Shown here piece after piece: positions 60,217 through 64,000 of a DNA stretch of 64,000 bases (within the stretch, counting starts at the first letter, position 1; each line of letters opens with the position of its first letter). Below the pieces are notes generated by a model, which was not told where the DNA came from, ran no database searches, and saw only the letters and a list, made by a program, of their open reading frames with translations. A program made the translations under genes and the position numbers. The DNA comes from Eutreptiella sp. 'Long Island Sound 2002' (lineage: Eukaryota > Protista > Euglenida), in NCBI GenBank assembly GCA_964036045.1, contig OZ038378.1, forward strand, positions 162,688,001 to 162,752,000, written 5' to 3'.

Positions 60217-61483
60217 TCCAATCGCTGCGATCACGGAGTCCCGCACAAGGCACATATAGCACGAGCAATTGGTGCACGGCAGGGCGATTTCACCACAAGA
60301 GCGAGACAGCTTTTGGCCCCTGGGTGAGGCCTTGCCACTCACCCCTTGCACAACTTTTGATGGACCCCATGCCGCATGCACCAGTAGAAGCCTCAGCCCT
60401 AGAGTAACTGGAAAGCTTTGAATCAATGGTCAATGAGGTGGGTGAAGGGGACAAGGGTGCATTCTGAAACTACTCCCACCGGCATGCAAGCATGCGGCAG
60501 TCAAGGGATCAGCTTGTGTGAGGCTGTCGTCTAGTTCTTACAATTTCATATGGTGGCACAAGTGACAGTAAGAGAGGGCGCGGGCCCCTCCGGTGGTGCC
60601 ACCACGCCGAAGCCTTCTGGGGTGCGCTACCACTCTTTCAATCCGTGCCTGTGCTTCCCGCTGCTGGTGTCGCCAGAGGCCAAGGATGGATCCAGTACAG
60701 AATCTGTATCAGCTTGGGCACCCGGGACAGGATCCTGTTCAGCAGCAGCAATTCATCAAGGAGATTCCGGACTGTGATATGCCAATTATTTATAAATACC
60801 TGCAGCCGTCCTTCAGGGAATTTCGGCTCGCCGTGAATACGGTGTTTGCCCGTGATCAAGCCGCTTCTGTTTGCATTATCTATCCACATAGCCATCAAGT
60901 GAATCATCACAGTGAATAGCGGCCTATGCTCTACGGCTTTGTTACCATCAAGACATACCACAAATGGTTTCAATAATTAGGTGCAGTTGTAGCAGTATTT
61001 GATGAAGTGCCCGCCGCACCTTTTGGCAATATGATCCATGAAACTTTGAACCATGATGAGTAAAGCAAGGGTACCGAGTTTTTGAAAGCAAACTGTGCCA
61101 ATGGTGATTTGCCGAAGGAAGTGCCCCGCCACCTGATCCCGAAGCATTGTCGCACAATTTGGCAATCTTGTTAGCGAGGATACAAGATGGGTGATGGTAG
61201 ATCATTAGATCGGGGATCCAGTAGCTCACGAAAACAGCGCACGGGCATTGTTCACAAAGGAAAATTCCCCGATTTCTCCCTGCGACATGCGCGCTGTGCA
61301 CGCTGTGCGCGCGCTGTGCACAAACGCCCCCTTCGGGGCACAGGGTGGCACGTTGGGTGATTGTGAGTGGGTGATTGGGTGAGTGTTGGATGGTGCATGG
61401 GGACAGATACCATTGGTAGGTCCACGCCTGGTGGGCTACAATGGGACGGCCTCCAACTTAGTCTGGGAAGCTGGGAAGCTTAT

Positions 61484-61680
61484 GGGCGTGGCAGTCTCCC
61501 ACTGCATATCCTGGTTTCAGACTCAGCTAATCCTCACTACGTGTCAGATCCGTTACCACAGTCATTTGTGGGATCATCGTAGCACCGGACAGCTCTGAAC
61601 CTTGATTCCGAGACGCTGTCTCGAGTACCATATGATGAGCAGGGTACGCCAGCTCATCTTGGTCTGGACCAAAAACAAAA
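61484..61680 (+). repeat. Left copy of a degenerate ~190-bp direct repeat (right copy 63434-63620)
   Basis: Collinear shared blocks gggcgtggcag.ctcccactgca, ctcactacgtg, gattccgaga, tctcgag.accat and cttggtctg.accaaaaa. Confidence 0.75.
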
Positions 61681-61956
61681 TGGGACGGCCTCCAACTTAG
61701 TCTCCTTTTTGTTGTTGCTGGTTCCTCTATGGCACCCTCTTCCATGCAGCCCTTGAGCTTGGGGCCCAGGGCGACCTGCTTCCTAAGTCTGCAGCTAAAT
61801 CCTTACATACCAGTGATCCTGACCTGAGTGGGCTAGTGGCCTCTTTAAATGATACCCCACCACGCTTAAGTCCGCTTGCAAGATTTGGAATGATAAATTA
61901 AGTTGCTTGATAATTCATCCAGCGCTGCCGCCGCACACCTGCTTTTAGCTGGCAGA

Positions 61957-63150
61957 ATGGATACCCTTGTCGACGGGGGACTTGAGGACGTGCTCCAGTC
62001 GATTCTAGAGGCGCCGCCTCCGCGCGATCTCATCGCCTTTGGACTTTGCAGCAAGGTTCTGCTACGGCCTGCTAAGGTCGGGGCACTCAAGGCGCTGGAA
62101 CGTTTGTTCCCGGGTTCGGCGGCGGCAGACAGCTGCTCAGTGATGTTCGAGCTGCTGTGGCGCTGGGAGTTCAAGTACTCGTGCACGGCTGCTGCGCTGG
62201 ACCAGGCCGACAAACAGGCTGTGCGGGCGCTCGTTGCATCACTGGACCTGGCCGACCAGTTTGCATCGTCGGAAGCCTACGGCGCAGGCGACGAGGAAAA
62301 GTTCTTTGCGCATTGGGTTCCCAGCCTGCGGATGGAATGGGGAGAAACCGACGACTACTCTCGTCTGGGTGCGTCGCGTGTTCAGGGGATCCCGGACTTG
62401 CCACGGATTTGGGAGTGGCCTACCACGGATACGGATACGGATACGGATAATGTCAAGCCATGGGGGGCAGAGGTCGACCAAGCACAGGGGGTGAGCTGCG
62501 TTGAGGGATTGAAGGAGCGTGCGAAAGTTGCTCAGATCGCAGAGGGCAGGACTCCGATGATGTTTCTAGCTCAAGTGAAATTAGCAGAAGCGAAGGTAGC
62601 CTGGGTGGAGGGGGATAGCAGCCGGCCATGGCCGCTTCCGTCCAGAGGACTATTGTACTACTTCGCGGGTGTGTGGGGACAGCAAAAGGTGCTCTTCTAT
62701 GATGGCAACGTCGATGGCGATCAGCTCGTTCCCACACATCCCTCTGTGTTTGGAGGTGAGATGGCATCACGTGCCCTTTCCCGGCACTTGGGTGCCAAAC
62801 GTTACATCTTCTCTCGGGCGTACACACTTTTGGCCGACCCGGATGACGAGGACTACATACACGAAGACCGTGGCCCAGCAATATCACCGAGCCATCCTAA
62901 AGGCGCAAAGAGTGGGGATGGTGACAGTGGGCTCTGCATGATGGGACCCAATGCCGATGATGATCAACCCATGGCGACAGTAGTCCTCTTGAGGGACAAT
63001 TGTGGATTCCAGTTTGGGGACTGTCAAAGCCTGTTCGTGACCATACCGATACAAGACTTGCTCAGAAGGAACTTTGATGTTGTTGAAGAAAGGCCGTGCT
63101 ATCCGAAGGATCTTCAAACAGCGTATTTCAATCCGGGAGCGGTTGAATGA
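61957..63150 (+). CDS. F-box-like N-terminus fused to a DUF1963/YwqG-like domain
   Basis: Intact ORF; ATG at 61957 is in frame with the 61903 call. LEDVLQSILEAPPPRDLIAFGLCSK is F-box-like. SRLG...GIPDLP..WEWP, PMMFLAQVKLAE, LPSRGLLYYF and FQFGDCQSLFVTIPIQDLLRRNF are DUF1963 hallmarks. Confidence 0.75.
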   Translation: MDTLVDGGLEDVLQSILEAPPPRDLIAFGLCSKVLLRPAKVGALKALERLFPGSAAADSCSVMFELLWRWEFKYSCTAAALDQADKQAVRALVASLDLADQFASSEAYGAGDEEKFFAHWVPSLRMEWGETDDYSRLGASRVQGIPDLPRIWEWPTTDTDTDTDNVKPWGAEVDQAQGVSCVEGLKERAKVAQIAEGRTPMMFLAQVKLAEAKVAWVEGDSSRPWPLPSRGLLYYFAGVWGQQKVLFYDGNVDGDQLVPTHPSVFGGEMASRALSRHLGAKRYIFSRAYTLLADPDDEDYIHEDRGPAISPSHPKGAKSGDGDSGLCMMGPNADDDQPMATVVLLRDNCGFQFGDCQSLFVTIPIQDLLRRNFDVVEERPCYPKDLQTAYFNPGAVE

Positions 63151-63280
63151 TTGCAACCTTCATGCAATGATTTCTGTCAATTGTGATATCCGTTCAGGAT
63201 TTAGACATTTTTGAGACATGTTTGGCCTCCATGAAGATTGCCAAGTTTGCAGTAGCTTCCAAGTCCGATGCAATTGGAAT

Positions 63281-63431
63281 GCCTTGTAGCTGATTCATCA
63301 GAGCTCCTCCGTGTCTGATTTTACTACCATAACAAATCCAATTGCAAATTACATGCTATTACCTTGTAGCTGATTCACCAGAGCTCCTCCGTGTCTGATT
63401 TTATTACCATAATGAATCCAATTGCAAATTA
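63281..63431 (+). repeat. 80-bp tandem duplication
   Basis: ccttgtagctgattca.cagagctcctccgtgtctgatttta.taccataa..aatccaattgcaaatta at 63282 and 63362. Confidence 0.92.
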
Positions 63432-63433
63432 TC

Positions 63434-63620
63434 GGGCGTGGCAGCTCCCACTGCACTATATGGTCTCAGCGTATATATCCGCGCCCTCACTACGTGCTGT
63501 GTCTGCTACCACTAGCACACAGGCTGCCCTGATTCCAGATTCCGAGAACTCTCTCGAGCACCATACGGTAAGAACTTTGCTGGCTATGCCAGATTACCTT
63601 GGTCTGTACCAAAAAAAAAG
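63434..63620 (+). repeat. Right copy of the direct repeat flanking the F-box/DUF1963 gene
   Basis: See 61484-61680. Confidence 0.75.
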
Positions 63621-63632
63621 ACTTCAATTGCA

Positions 63633-64000
63633 AATTCTATTGCCTTCGGCAAGTCCACCTCGCAGAGAATCTACCCCAAGCCACACACACCCTAAATAGG
63701 GTATAAACTACATAAATACGGGCTAGAACATGCTTTCCATATCTTGGATGGTCATTTCAGGTAATCACGATATCAAAAAAACAAGTTTCAAAAACTTCGA
63801 TTTTTGAGCTGTCCAGAGTGAAAAACTGCATGAGCAGGTTGTTCACCAACCCCTTGGTACAACCCCCCCCCCCCCCCGGACCTATTACCCAAACAGGGTG
63901 AAAAACATGTAAATACGGCCTAAAATATGCTTTACATACCTTGGATGGTCATTTTAGGTGGTCACAACATCAAGAAAACAAGTTTCAAAAACTTCGAATT
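63633..64000 (+). repeat. Second copy of the 8728-9310 interspersed repeat, running off the window
   Basis: aaattctattgccttcggcaagtccacctcgcagagaatct.ccccaagc is nearly identical to 8888-8940, with the same downstream core subunits. Confidence 0.92.

Noticed and set aside
8728-64000. A single ~55-kb giant element bounded by the two copies of the composite repeat
   Set aside because: The interior is a patchwork of unrelated ages and orientations, the right end is off-window so no TSD can be tested, and a high-copy interspersed repeat is the simpler explanation.
36-64000. The several hundred short ORFs in the supplied track
   Set aside because: They overlap in multiple frames over GC-rich, poly-G/C or microsatellite DNA, many start at non-ATG codons, and they show no recognisable domains.

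Overview
Repeat-rich, gene-poor eukaryotic genomic DNA, most likely from a euglenid. A near-perfect copy of the Euglena-type spliced leader (ACTTTCTGGGTGTCTATTTTTTTT) sits at 26161. No prokaryotic operons, rRNA genes or CRISPR arrays are evident, and most of the ORF track is shadow ORFs over GC-rich, low-complexity DNA. Four things stand out. (1) A family of Penelope-like (PLE) reverse transcriptases: one intact 671-aa ORF (52080-54095), three degraded near-full copies and one or two fragments. The intact copy has RFKDN where YxDD is expected, the D-N dipeptide appears to recur in degraded paralogs, and motifs B and C are separated by a variable-length insertion. No GIY-YIG endonuclease is visible. 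(2) A spliced-leader-capped, frameshifted processed pseudogene at about 26.2-28.3 kb. (3) A dispersed family of minus-strand ORF remnants: four hnRNP Q/R acidic (NURR)-like domains, and an unnamed GGx[FL]TRS...P[QK]G domain in three copies. (4) A block at 58-63 kb of three apparently intronless, foreign-looking genes: DUF6882-like with an acidic tail and NLS, a Cys-rich protein resembling a haptophyte-expanded family, and an F-box-like/DUF1963(YwqG)-like fusion bracketed by degenerate direct repeats. All family assignments come from motifs recognised by eye and need HMM/BLAST confirmation.
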